In this document: one piece after another, positions 27,145 to 34,184 of the stretch | How positions within the stretch are numbered: the first letter of the stretch is position 1 | How the letters are laid out: every line of letters starts with the position of its first letter | Origin: Candidatus Dormibacteria bacterium | Lineage (GTDB): Bacteria > Chloroflexota > Dormibacteria > Aeolococcales > Bog-877 | NCBI GenBank assembly: GCA_050734425.1 | Contig: JBOHUL010000046.1 | Location: forward strand, 72-64,071 | Reading direction: 5' to 3' | DNA length: 64,000 nt | The notes under the pieces: generated by a model | The model's input: the letters and a program-made list of their open reading frames with translations, nothing else | What the model was told of the DNA's origin: nothing | Databases searched by the model: none | Program-made: the position numbers and the translations under genes

Positions 27145-27232
27145 GCGGTCATGCTGCCAGAGACACCGGGGCCGATGCTGGACATCGCCACCGTCCTCCG
27201 CCCATCCCGGCCGCTATATTCGCCTCCAAAGG

Positions 27233-27634
27233 ATGGACGAACTGGTCCCGACTGGGGAGCCGCAAGAGGACTTCGATCAGCTGGCGGCCGCACTCCGCGC
27301 CGAGGCGGGCGACCTCAGCACGTTCCTCGAGGTGGTCGCCAGCAAGTTCGAAGGCGCGCTGCCCCGTCGCACCAGGGTCGAGCGTGAGGGGGGGATGCTG
27401 CGCCGCCGCCACCAGGTCCGCCGGGTGTGCCTCGATCTGGGCGAGCTCCAGTTCGAGCTGGCCCGGGAGGGCGGGGACGTCGCCGCCCGGAGGACCAGGG
27501 TGGTCCGGGGAATCACCCTCAAGAGCGAAGCGCTGGGCCTGGACGAGTGGCTTCACTCCCTGGCCCAGGCACTGAGCGCCCAGGCCGGGAGCAGCCTTCA
27601 GGACCGGCTGGCGCTAGAGCGGCTGCTCAGCTGA
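27233..27634 (+). CDS. Hypothetical protein (133 aa), first gene of the YbjQ-domain operon
   Basis: Internal ATG at 27233 of track ORF 27053..27634 (MDELVPTGEPQEDFDQLAAALRAEAGDLSTF…). The portion upstream of 27233 overlaps the mscS 5' end and region. The stop overlaps the next start (ATGA at 27632-27636). No family recognised. Confidence 0.4.
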   Translation: MDELVPTGEPQEDFDQLAAALRAEAGDLSTFLEVVASKFEGALPRRTRVEREGGMLRRRHQVRRVCLDLGELQFELAREGGDVAARRTRVVRGITLKSEALGLDEWLHSLAQALSAQAGSSLQDRLALERLLS

Positions 27635-28605
27635 TGCGCTTTTTCCGCGGCGGCCAGGGGCCACGACCCAGCCCGGAGGAGCAGGCCCGGGAGCAGGAGC
27701 GCGCCGAGAAGAGCCAGAAGATGGTGGAGGCGGGCGGGATCCCGCTCGACGCCCAGGAGCGGATCGAGCGCCAGCTGGGTCGCGGCGGTGTTTGGACCTC
27801 GGACCTCTCGGTCGACGAGCTGGCCGCTCTGCGGGGCATCGACTATGAACCGGTCGCCCAGGTGCTTGGCAGCTCACTCTATCGGGTGGGCTGGATCAAC
27901 ACCGGCCTCGCGATCGGGCCCCGTTACGGCGGGATGGGCTTCCCCAGCGCCTACGGGGCCATGGAGCCGGTCGAGAACCAGGGCCTGACGCGGGCCCTGA
28001 TTGAGGCCCGGCGGCGGGCCATCCACCGGCTCGAACTCGAGGCCCAGGCCCTCAAGGCCGACGGCGTGGTCGGCGTCCGGCTCAAGATCAGCAACTGGGA
28101 CTGGGCCCAGGGGCTGTCCGAGTTCACGGTCCTGGGTACTGCCGTGCGCCGCCGCGGCCACGCCGGCGGTGAGGAGCGTCCCTTCACCTCGACCTTGACC
28201 GGCCAGGACATGTCCAAGCTGGTCTCCTCCGGCTACGCCCCCCTCCGGCTGGTGATGGGTGCCAGCGCGCAGCAGGCAATGATGGTTTTCACCTACGCCG
28301 GCTGGTACAACCGCGAGATCGGACCGTTCACCCGGGCCCTGCACATAGCCCAGACCGCGGCCAACCACCGAATCGGCCTGGAGGCGGGGGAGGCCGGAGC
28401 CAGGGGCGTGGTCGGGGTCACCTTCACCTCGAACATCGTCGAGTATTCGACCGGATCTGAGGCAGTGCTGGGGAGGATCGTCCAGTGGGTGATGCTCGGG
28501 ACCGCGGTCCGGCCCCAGCCCGCTTCGCAGCCGGTGGCGGCACCGCGACTGGTGATGCCGCTGCGGCCCAGGGGGGAGACGGGTGGCGGATCAAACGTCC
28601 CTTGA
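27634..28605 (+). CDS. Two-domain YbjQ/DUF74 (UPF0145) protein, paralog A
   Basis: ATG at 27634 within track ORF 27427..28605. Two roughly 100-aa repeats fit the YbjQ pattern (…DLS.DEL…GIDYEPVAQVLGSSLYRVGW… EARRRAIHRLELEAQALKADGVVGVRLKISNW….EFTVLGTAVRR, then …RALHIAQTAANHRIGLEAGEAGARGVVGVTFTSNIV….LGTAV). Confidence 0.65.
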   Translation: MRFFRGGQGPRPSPEEQAREQERAEKSQKMVEAGGIPLDAQERIERQLGRGGVWTSDLSVDELAALRGIDYEPVAQVLGSSLYRVGWINTGLAIGPRYGGMGFPSAYGAMEPVENQGLTRALIEARRRAIHRLELEAQALKADGVVGVRLKISNWDWAQGLSEFTVLGTAVRRRGHAGGEERPFTSTLTGQDMSKLVSSGYAPLRLVMGASAQQAMMVFTYAGWYNREIGPFTRALHIAQTAANHRIGLEAGEAGARGVVGVTFTSNIVEYSTGSEAVLGRIVQWVMLGTAVRPQPASQPVAAPRLVMPLRPRGETGGGSNVP

Positions 28606-28700
28606 GGGCGTCCCTAAGGACGCCCAGCGGCGACTGCGGGAGATGCGCGGCGGAGACGGCAAGAAGGGCCTCTTCACCAGCGACCTGTCGGCGCCGGAGC
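28576..28700 (+). repeat. Direct repeat copy 1 (5' end of YbjQ paralog B plus 7 nt upstream)
   Basis: Near-identical to 29453-29577. Long exact blocks ggcggatcaaacgtcccttgagggcgtccc and gggagatgcgcggcggagacggcaagaagggcctcttcaccagcgacct are shared. Confidence 0.8.
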
Positions 28701-29482
28701 TGTTGCTGGTCCAGCAGGCGGGCTTCGACCCGCTGGCCCAGGTGCTGGGCGCCAGTCTCTATCGGGTGGGTTGGACCAACGCCTTGACCAACAAAGGAGG
28801 GGGTCTCTACCGGGCGGCGGACCTCCCGACCCTCAGGGCCTCCAGCCATGTGATCGAGAACCGGCGCCTGACCCGGTCGCTGACAGGCGCCCGACGCCGG
28901 GCCGTCCAGCGGCTCCAGCTTCAGGCCCAGGCGGTCAAGGCCGATGGCGTGGTCGGGGCCCGGCTCAAGATCAGGGACTGGGCCGAGGGGTTGGCGGAGT
29001 TCGCCATTCTGGGCACGGCGGTTCGGCGCCAAGGAGTGCGCAGCAGGTACCGGCATCCCTTCACCTCGAGTTTGAGTGGCCAGGACACTGCCAGGCTGTT
29101 GTCTGGCGGCTATGTTCCTCTCAACCTGGTGATGGGCGCCAGCGCGCAGCAGGCGATGATGAACCGGACTGATGCGCTCTGGTCCCACCGCGAGATCGGA
29201 AGCTACTCCCGAGCCCTGAACCAGGCGCAGAGCAGCGCCAACCGGCGGATGGCCCGCGAAGCCTCGGAGCTGGGGGCAAGCGGCGTGGTCGGGGTCACCT
29301 TCACATCAAAGATCGCCGAGTACGAGGCCGGTTCCAGCTGGGTACTGGGAAGAATCGTGGAGTGGGTGATGGTGGGGACCGCAGTCGGTTCCCTGCCCGC
29401 CTCGCAAGCTGCGGCAACTCCTAAGCTGGTGATGCCGCTTCGACCTAGGAGGAAGATGGATGGCGGATCAAACGTCCCTTGA
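28583..29482 (+). CDS. Two-domain YbjQ/DUF74 (UPF0145) protein, paralog B
   Basis: 299 aa, about 60% identical to paralog A. Same two-module architecture. Start overlaps the paralog A 3' end by 23 nt. Confidence 0.65.
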   Translation: MADQTSLEGVPKDAQRRLREMRGGDGKKGLFTSDLSAPELLLVQQAGFDPLAQVLGASLYRVGWTNALTNKGGGLYRAADLPTLRASSHVIENRRLTRSLTGARRRAVQRLQLQAQAVKADGVVGARLKIRDWAEGLAEFAILGTAVRRQGVRSRYRHPFTSSLSGQDTARLLSGGYVPLNLVMGASAQQAMMNRTDALWSHREIGSYSRALNQAQSSANRRMAREASELGASGVVGVTFTSKIAEYEAGSSWVLGRIVEWVMVGTAVGSLPASQAAATPKLVMPLRPRRKMDGGSNVP

Positions 29483-29577
29483 GGGCGTCCCGGAGGATGC
29501 TCGGCGCCGACTTCGGGAGATGCGCGGCGGAGACGGCAAGAAGGGCCTCTTCACCAGCGACCTCTCCATTTCCGAGT
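29453..29577 (+). repeat. Direct repeat copy 2 (5' end of YbjQ paralog C plus 7 nt upstream)
   Basis: See copy 1. Repeat spacing is about 877 bp, equal to one gene unit. Confidence 0.8.
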
Positions 29578-30275
29578 TCCTGTTGGTTAAGGAAGCGGGC
29601 TTCGAGCCGGTGGGGCTGGTGATCGGCAGCTCCATCTACCATATCGGCCTTCAGGTGGCCAACTACCGCCAGAACCAGGAGCTGCAGGTCCTGAGCCAGG
29701 CCATGTACCAGGCCCGTGAGCTGGCCATGACCAGGATGGAGGAGGAGGCCGACGTCCTGGGGGCGGACGGCATCGTCGGGGTGCGCCTGGACATCAATCG
29801 CTACGAGTGGGGCCAGGGACTGGCGGAGTTCATGGCCGTGGGCACTGCCGTCCGGAGCCAGCAGGGAAGCCTGCGCACCAACAAGAACAAACCCTTCACC
29901 TCCGACCTCTCAGGCCAGGACTTCTGGACCCTGCTGCAGGCGGGCTACGTCCCCCAGGCGCTGGTGATGGGCTCCTGCGTCTACCACGTCGCCCACCAGC
30001 GCCTGGGCCAGTGGATGCGGAGCGTCGGCCAGAACCAGGAGATGCCCAACTTCACCCAGGCCCTCTACGACGCCCGTGAGCTGGCCATGGAGCGGATGCA
30101 GACTGAGGCCGAGGAGGTGGGGGCGGAGGGGATCGTCGGGGCCCAGATCAGGGAGAGCAACCACGGCTGGGGCAGTCACGTGATCGAGTTCTTCGCCGTG
30201 GGCACCGCGGTCAAACCGACCAAGGCCGACCACCGCATCGCCCCGCCCCAGCTGGTGCTCTCGCTGGACCAGTAG
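29460..30275 (+). CDS. Two-domain YbjQ/DUF74 (UPF0145) protein, paralog C
   Basis: 271 aa. N-terminal 40 aa nearly identical to paralog B (MADQTSLEGVPEDARRRLREMRGGDGKKGLFTSDLS). Two YbjQ-like modules (…ARELAMTRMEEEADVLGADGIVGVRLDINRYEW…AVGTAV ; …ARELAMERMQTEAEEVGAEGIVGAQIRESNHGW…AVGTAV). Confidence 0.65.
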   Translation: MADQTSLEGVPEDARRRLREMRGGDGKKGLFTSDLSISEFLLVKEAGFEPVGLVIGSSIYHIGLQVANYRQNQELQVLSQAMYQARELAMTRMEEEADVLGADGIVGVRLDINRYEWGQGLAEFMAVGTAVRSQQGSLRTNKNKPFTSDLSGQDFWTLLQAGYVPQALVMGSCVYHVAHQRLGQWMRSVGQNQEMPNFTQALYDARELAMERMQTEAEEVGAEGIVGAQIRESNHGWGSHVIEFFAVGTAVKPTKADHRIAPPQLVLSLDQ

Positions 30276-30298
30276 CGGCGGCTCCCAACCAATCCGCC

Positions 30299-31222
30299 GT
30301 GCGCTTCTACTACGACGACCTCTTTCTGGAGCACCAGGCGCCGGGGCACCCCGAGTCACCGGACCGGCTCCGGGCGATCGTCTCGACCCTGCGCCAGGAG
30401 TCGCGGCTGCAGCGGGCTAGGTGGGAGCGTCCCCTGCCGGCGACTGAGGCTGACGTCCTCCTGGCCCACTCCCATGAGCATCTGGAGTCCGTGCGCCAGC
30501 TGAGCTCGCGCGGCGGCGGCTGGATCGACGCTGACACCTACTGCGGTCCCAGGTCCTACGACGCTGCCCTCCTCGCGGCGGGCGCGACCATCGGTGCGGT
30601 CGCCGCCGCCCTCTCCGACTCCGAGCCGACATTCGCCTTGGTGCGTCCCCCGGGCCATCACGCCACCCGGGACAGGGCGATGGGCTTCTGCCTCTTCAAC
30701 AACGTTGCCATCGCCGCTCGCTGTGGCTTCCGTCAGGGGCTGGCGCGGATCGCCGTCGTCGACCTGGACGTCCACCACGGTAACGGCACCCAGGACATCT
30801 TCTACGCGGACCCCAAACTGCTCTACTGCTCCCTGCACCAGGTGCCGCTCTACCCCGGAAGCGGCAGTGCGGACGAGCGCGGATCTGGCTCTGGGCTCGG
30901 GGCGACCGTAAACGTTCCCCTACCTCCCGGTTCAAAGCCGGAGGCGTGGCTTGGGGGGCTGGGCCGGTTGGTGCTGCCGCGGCTGCGCCAGCACCAGCCC
31001 CGCCTGATCCTGGTCAGCGCCGGTTTCGACGCCCTGGCAGGCGACCCCCTGGCTCAGCTGCAGCTGACCCCCGAGACCTACGGCCGGGCTGCCGCTCTCA
31101 TCGGGCAAGTCGGCAGGGAGGTTGGCGCGGCTCCTCCGGTCTGGGTTCTGGAGGGCGGCTACGGCCTGGGCGGGATGGCCGAGGCGGTCCGGCTCTGCGC
31201 CCTGGAACTGGCCGCCGTCTGA
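30299..31222 (+). CDS. Histone deacetylase-family protein (AcuC/AphA-type zinc deacetylase/amidohydrolase)
   Basis: 307 aa. RPPGHHA, catalytic His pair, DLDVHHGNGTQ, SLHQVPLYPGSG, and C-terminal EGGY are class-I/II HDAC-fold signatures. GTG start 24 nt after YbjQ paralog C. Confidence 0.85.
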   Translation: MRFYYDDLFLEHQAPGHPESPDRLRAIVSTLRQESRLQRARWERPLPATEADVLLAHSHEHLESVRQLSSRGGGWIDADTYCGPRSYDAALLAAGATIGAVAAALSDSEPTFALVRPPGHHATRDRAMGFCLFNNVAIAARCGFRQGLARIAVVDLDVHHGNGTQDIFYADPKLLYCSLHQVPLYPGSGSADERGSGSGLGATVNVPLPPGSKPEAWLGGLGRLVLPRLRQHQPRLILVSAGFDALAGDPLAQLQLTPETYGRAAALIGQVGREVGAAPPVWVLEGGYGLGGMAEAVRLCALELAAV

Positions 31223-31547
31223 CCGGTCCCGAAGAACATCGCCAAGACTGTCACGCGGCGGCGCGCGGGGCACAGTCGCCTCCATCTCCTGGTGCGTGTG
31301 ACGCGAGGGCGGCCATGCGCCGGGGCAGCATCAGCACGCCGACTGCCTGATCGGCCGGGGGCGTCAGGACCAGTCCAGCCTGATCCGAGGCGTGGAGGCG
31401 GTCTCCATCCCTCCAGAACCGCGACCCTCCGCCGCCGTGGTGCAGACCCGAGCTGGCGGTCCACTCGGGCCAGGTGGGCATGCCGCAAGCGCAGCACCAG
31501 CTAGGAGGAGCAACACCCCTTCAGGACACCCGTGTCCGGGGCCGGAC

Positions 31548-31915
31548 TCAGGTCTGGGGCGTGCGGATCTCCACCTTGCCGTCCTGAACTCTGACCTCGA
31601 AGACGGGGTTGGCCACTATCGCGGGCCCGTGGGGGGGCGGCCGCTGCGGAGATCGAATTGGGAGCCGTGCCAGGGACAGTGCAGCTGTCCCTCCTGCAGT
31701 GGCAGCTCGTCCAGGGGACCGTCAGCGTGGGAGCAGATGGCACCGGCGTCACAGTTCTCCCCGCCCGAGCGGCGCAGCAGGACCTTCTGCCTGCCCGCCT
31801 GACGGCGGATGAAGCCGACCTCGGTGACCTCGCCTTCGGCCGCCACCACGGACCATTTCTTGGGAGCGCTGCTGAAGGCGTTGCGGTTTACCTGGATCCC
31901 CTTGCGGAAGACCAT
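31548..31915 (-). pseudogene. Rieske [2Fe-2S] ferredoxin-like protein, reading frame broken in a homopolymer
   Basis: Track ORF 31616..31915 encodes the Rieske motifs CSHADGPL…CPWHGSQFDL but terminates as …SGRPPTGPR*. The expected C-terminus (…HGPAIVANPVFEVRVQDGKVEIRTPQT*) is in another frame of 31548-31625. The frames are separated by the G7 run at 31630-31636 (C7 on the coding strand); one extra base would restore it. Confidence 0.6.
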
Positions 31916-32409
31916 GTCGCAGCCGCGTAGGCGCCGGCGTAGGCCGTCCCCAAGCCCAGCAGCGAGATGCCCACCGCCCAGCCCCGGGGAGCCCCGCCGC
32001 CTGGGCCAGAGAGAGGTGTGAAGAGCATCAGGGCGCCGCTGTTGATCAGGGCGTGGGCGCTGCCGAGATCGCGCTCCTGACCGTACTTGTCCTGCCAGTC
32101 CGCGAGCCCAATTGCGACCGCGCCCAGGGCCCCGGCGCAGCCGGTGGCCGGGAGCAGGTCGGCGCCCCGGCCCAGGCCATCCGCGGAGCCGCCGCGGGCG
32201 AGGTCAAGCAGGGTCGATCCGGTCCAGGCTCCGATGGGTAGGTCGGTCACCGCGGGATGAAGGGCATGACCGAGCCAGGTGCCGTTGAGCAGGTCCTTGA
32301 CCTGCCCCGTGCGCTGGCCTCCCTTGGCGCCGAGCTTGGCCAGGATCTGATTCAGCCACTCGCCCACCGGGGGCAAGAAGCTGAGGCGCCGGACCAACCG
32401 GTCGACCAT
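31888..32409 (-). CDS. DUF2231 domain membrane protein (common Rieske-gene neighbour in Actinomycetota)
   Basis: Internal ATG at 32409 of track ORF 31888..32496 (MVDRLVRRLSFLPPVGEWLNQILAKL…DLLNGTWLGHALHPAVTDLPIGAW…). Overlaps the Rieske start by 28 nt. Confidence 0.55.
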   Translation of the reverse strand: MVDRLVRRLSFLPPVGEWLNQILAKLGAKGGQRTGQVKDLLNGTWLGHALHPAVTDLPIGAWTGSTLLDLARGGSADGLGRGADLLPATGCAGALGAVAIGLADWQDKYGQERDLGSAHALINSGALMLFTPLSGPGGGAPRGWAVGISLLGLGTAYAGAYAAATWSSARGSR

Positions 32410-32482
32410 GTCGGACAAGTGCCCTGATCCTCCTGGGTCGGCCCGACCGCGCCGGTGCGTCGCCGTCGCTGAGAATGACCCG

Positions 32483-33178
32483 ATGCTGTTCCCCATCCTG
32501 GAAGGAGACTCTGACTACGCCGATCTCGCCGTTCACATAGTCGCGCAGACCCAGGGGATGGAGCCGATTGTGGTTCCGACCCTGGACCGGCTCCTCGAGC
32601 TGATCCGCCAAGAGCCGCCCGCCGCCCTGCTGGCGGACCGGGGCCTGCTCCAGGGGCCGCGCGGAGTGGAGGCGGTCCGGACCATCTCCAGCGCCCCGCT
32701 CGTGGTTCTGACCGCCGATCCTGGCGAGACGGTGTCGCTGATGGAGGCCGGCTGCGACTACGTCCTGACCAAGCCCTATCCTCCCGCGATGCTGCGGGCG
32801 ACGGTCAGGGCCATCTGGCGCCGGCGCCAGGTGGAACGGCGCTCCGGGGGCCGGGTGCTGGAGGTGGGCCCCCTGGTGGTGGAGCCTTCCCGGCGCAGCG
32901 CTCGGATCGAGGGTCGGCGTCACTTCCTGAGCCCCCGGGAAGCGGACCTGCTCGAGTACCTGGCTCTCAACTCCGGAGTCGTCCTGAGCAGGCGCCAGAT
33001 CATCGACGGGGCCTGGGGCGGCGACCCCACCGCCACCCCCCAGGCGGTGACCATGTGCATCCACCGGCTCCGCCTCAAACTCGAGGTGGACCCGGCCAAG
33101 CCCAGGCTCTTGCGGACTAAGCGCCGCGACGGCTACGTCCTCGAGGCCAGGCCCGCCCCGGAGAGGGAGCCGGTGTGA
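32483..33178 (+). CDS. OmpR/PhoB-family response regulator (receiver plus winged-helix Trans_reg_C)
   Basis: Track ORF 32408..33178. Start probably the ATG at 32483 (MLFPILEGDSDYADL…). Receiver has acceptor-like Asp (LLADRGL) and Lys (LTKPY). C-terminal winged helix (…LSPREADLLEYLALNSGVVLSRRQIIDGAWG…TMCIHRLRLKLE). Stop overlaps the hpnA GTG (GTGA). Confidence 0.7.
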   Translation: MLFPILEGDSDYADLAVHIVAQTQGMEPIVVPTLDRLLELIRQEPPAALLADRGLLQGPRGVEAVRTISSAPLVVLTADPGETVSLMEAGCDYVLTKPYPPAMLRATVRAIWRRRQVERRSGGRVLEVGPLVVEPSRRSARIEGRRHFLSPREADLLEYLALNSGVVLSRRQIIDGAWGGDPTATPQAVTMCIHRLRLKLEVDPAKPRLLRTKRRDGYVLEARPAPEREPV

Positions 33179-34182
33179 ACGGGTCCGCTGGCGCCGGCCT
33201 GGACCGCCCGATCCTCCTGACCGGAGCCAGTGGCTTCGTCGGCCACGCGGTGATGGAGGACCTGCTCCGCTCGGGCTATCGGGTCAGGGCCCTGGTGCGC
33301 TGCCCCGAGCGCTTCTCCTCCCCCGAAGGGGTGGAGACGTTCCCTGGGGATGTGACCGACCTCCAAACGGTCGTCCGGGCAGGCCGGGACTGCCAGGCCG
33401 CCATCCACTGCGCTGCCGACTACCGGCTGGCTCTGCGGCCCGGCGAGGAGAGCCGGATGATCGCGACCAACGTCGGTGGCACCGCGAACGTGCTGGAGGC
33501 GGCCGCGCGCTGCGGCCTCCGCCGGGTGGTCCACTGCAGCACCGTCGGCACCCTGGCCTTCGAGCGCTCAGGACGGGTCCTGACCGAGTCCGACCTGGCC
33601 AGGTCCCCTTCCCTGCTGCCCGGACCCTACAAGCGGAGCAAGTGGGCGGCGGAATGGCTATGCCTGAAGCGATCGCCCCAGGGGGTGGCGGTGGTCGTGG
33701 TCCAACCCAGCACCCCGGTCGGCGGCGGCGACCGCAAGCCCACCCCCACGGGCCAGATGGTCCGCGATTTCCTCCTTGGACGACTTCCCGCCTACGTCGA
33801 GACGGGGCTCAACGTGGTGGCCGTGGAGGCAGTGGCCCGGGGCCACGTGCTGGCGCTGGAGCGCGGCGTCCCGGGGCGCTCCTACATCTTGGGTGACCGC
33901 AATCTGAGCCTGCGCCAATTCTTCCAGCGCCTGGCCCAGATAGCGGGCCGGAAGGCGCCGCGCTGGCGCATTCCCATCTCGGTGGGTCTGGCCGCCGCCG
34001 CCCTGAGCGAGCTGGAGGCCCGGCTCCGGGACCGCCCCCCGAAGCTGCCACTGACCTCGGTGCGGATGGCCCGCCACCCGATGTACGTCGACGCCCGGCG
34101 GGCGCGCGACGAACTGGGGTGGTCCCCGGGGGCGCTCGATGAGGCGCTACGCCGGGCGGTTGCGGAACTGGGGCCGAGCTGA
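33175..34182 (+). CDS. hpnA: NAD-dependent epimerase/dehydratase, hopanoid-associated sugar epimerase (HpnA-like)
   Basis: 335 aa. Rossmann fold TGASGFVGHAVMEDLLRSGYRV, catalytic YKRSK. Size and context (followed by an HpnG-like gene, near shc/hpnCDE) fit HpnA. Confidence 0.65.
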   Translation: MNGSAGAGLDRPILLTGASGFVGHAVMEDLLRSGYRVRALVRCPERFSSPEGVETFPGDVTDLQTVVRAGRDCQAAIHCAADYRLALRPGEESRMIATNVGGTANVLEAAARCGLRRVVHCSTVGTLAFERSGRVLTESDLARSPSLLPGPYKRSKWAAEWLCLKRSPQGVAVVVVQPSTPVGGGDRKPTPTGQMVRDFLLGRLPAYVETGLNVVAVEAVARGHVLALERGVPGRSYILGDRNLSLRQFFQRLAQIAGRKAPRWRIPISVGLAAAALSELEARLRDRPPKLPLTSVRMARHPMYVDARRARDELGWSPGALDEALRRAVAELGPS

Positions 34183-34184
34183 CC

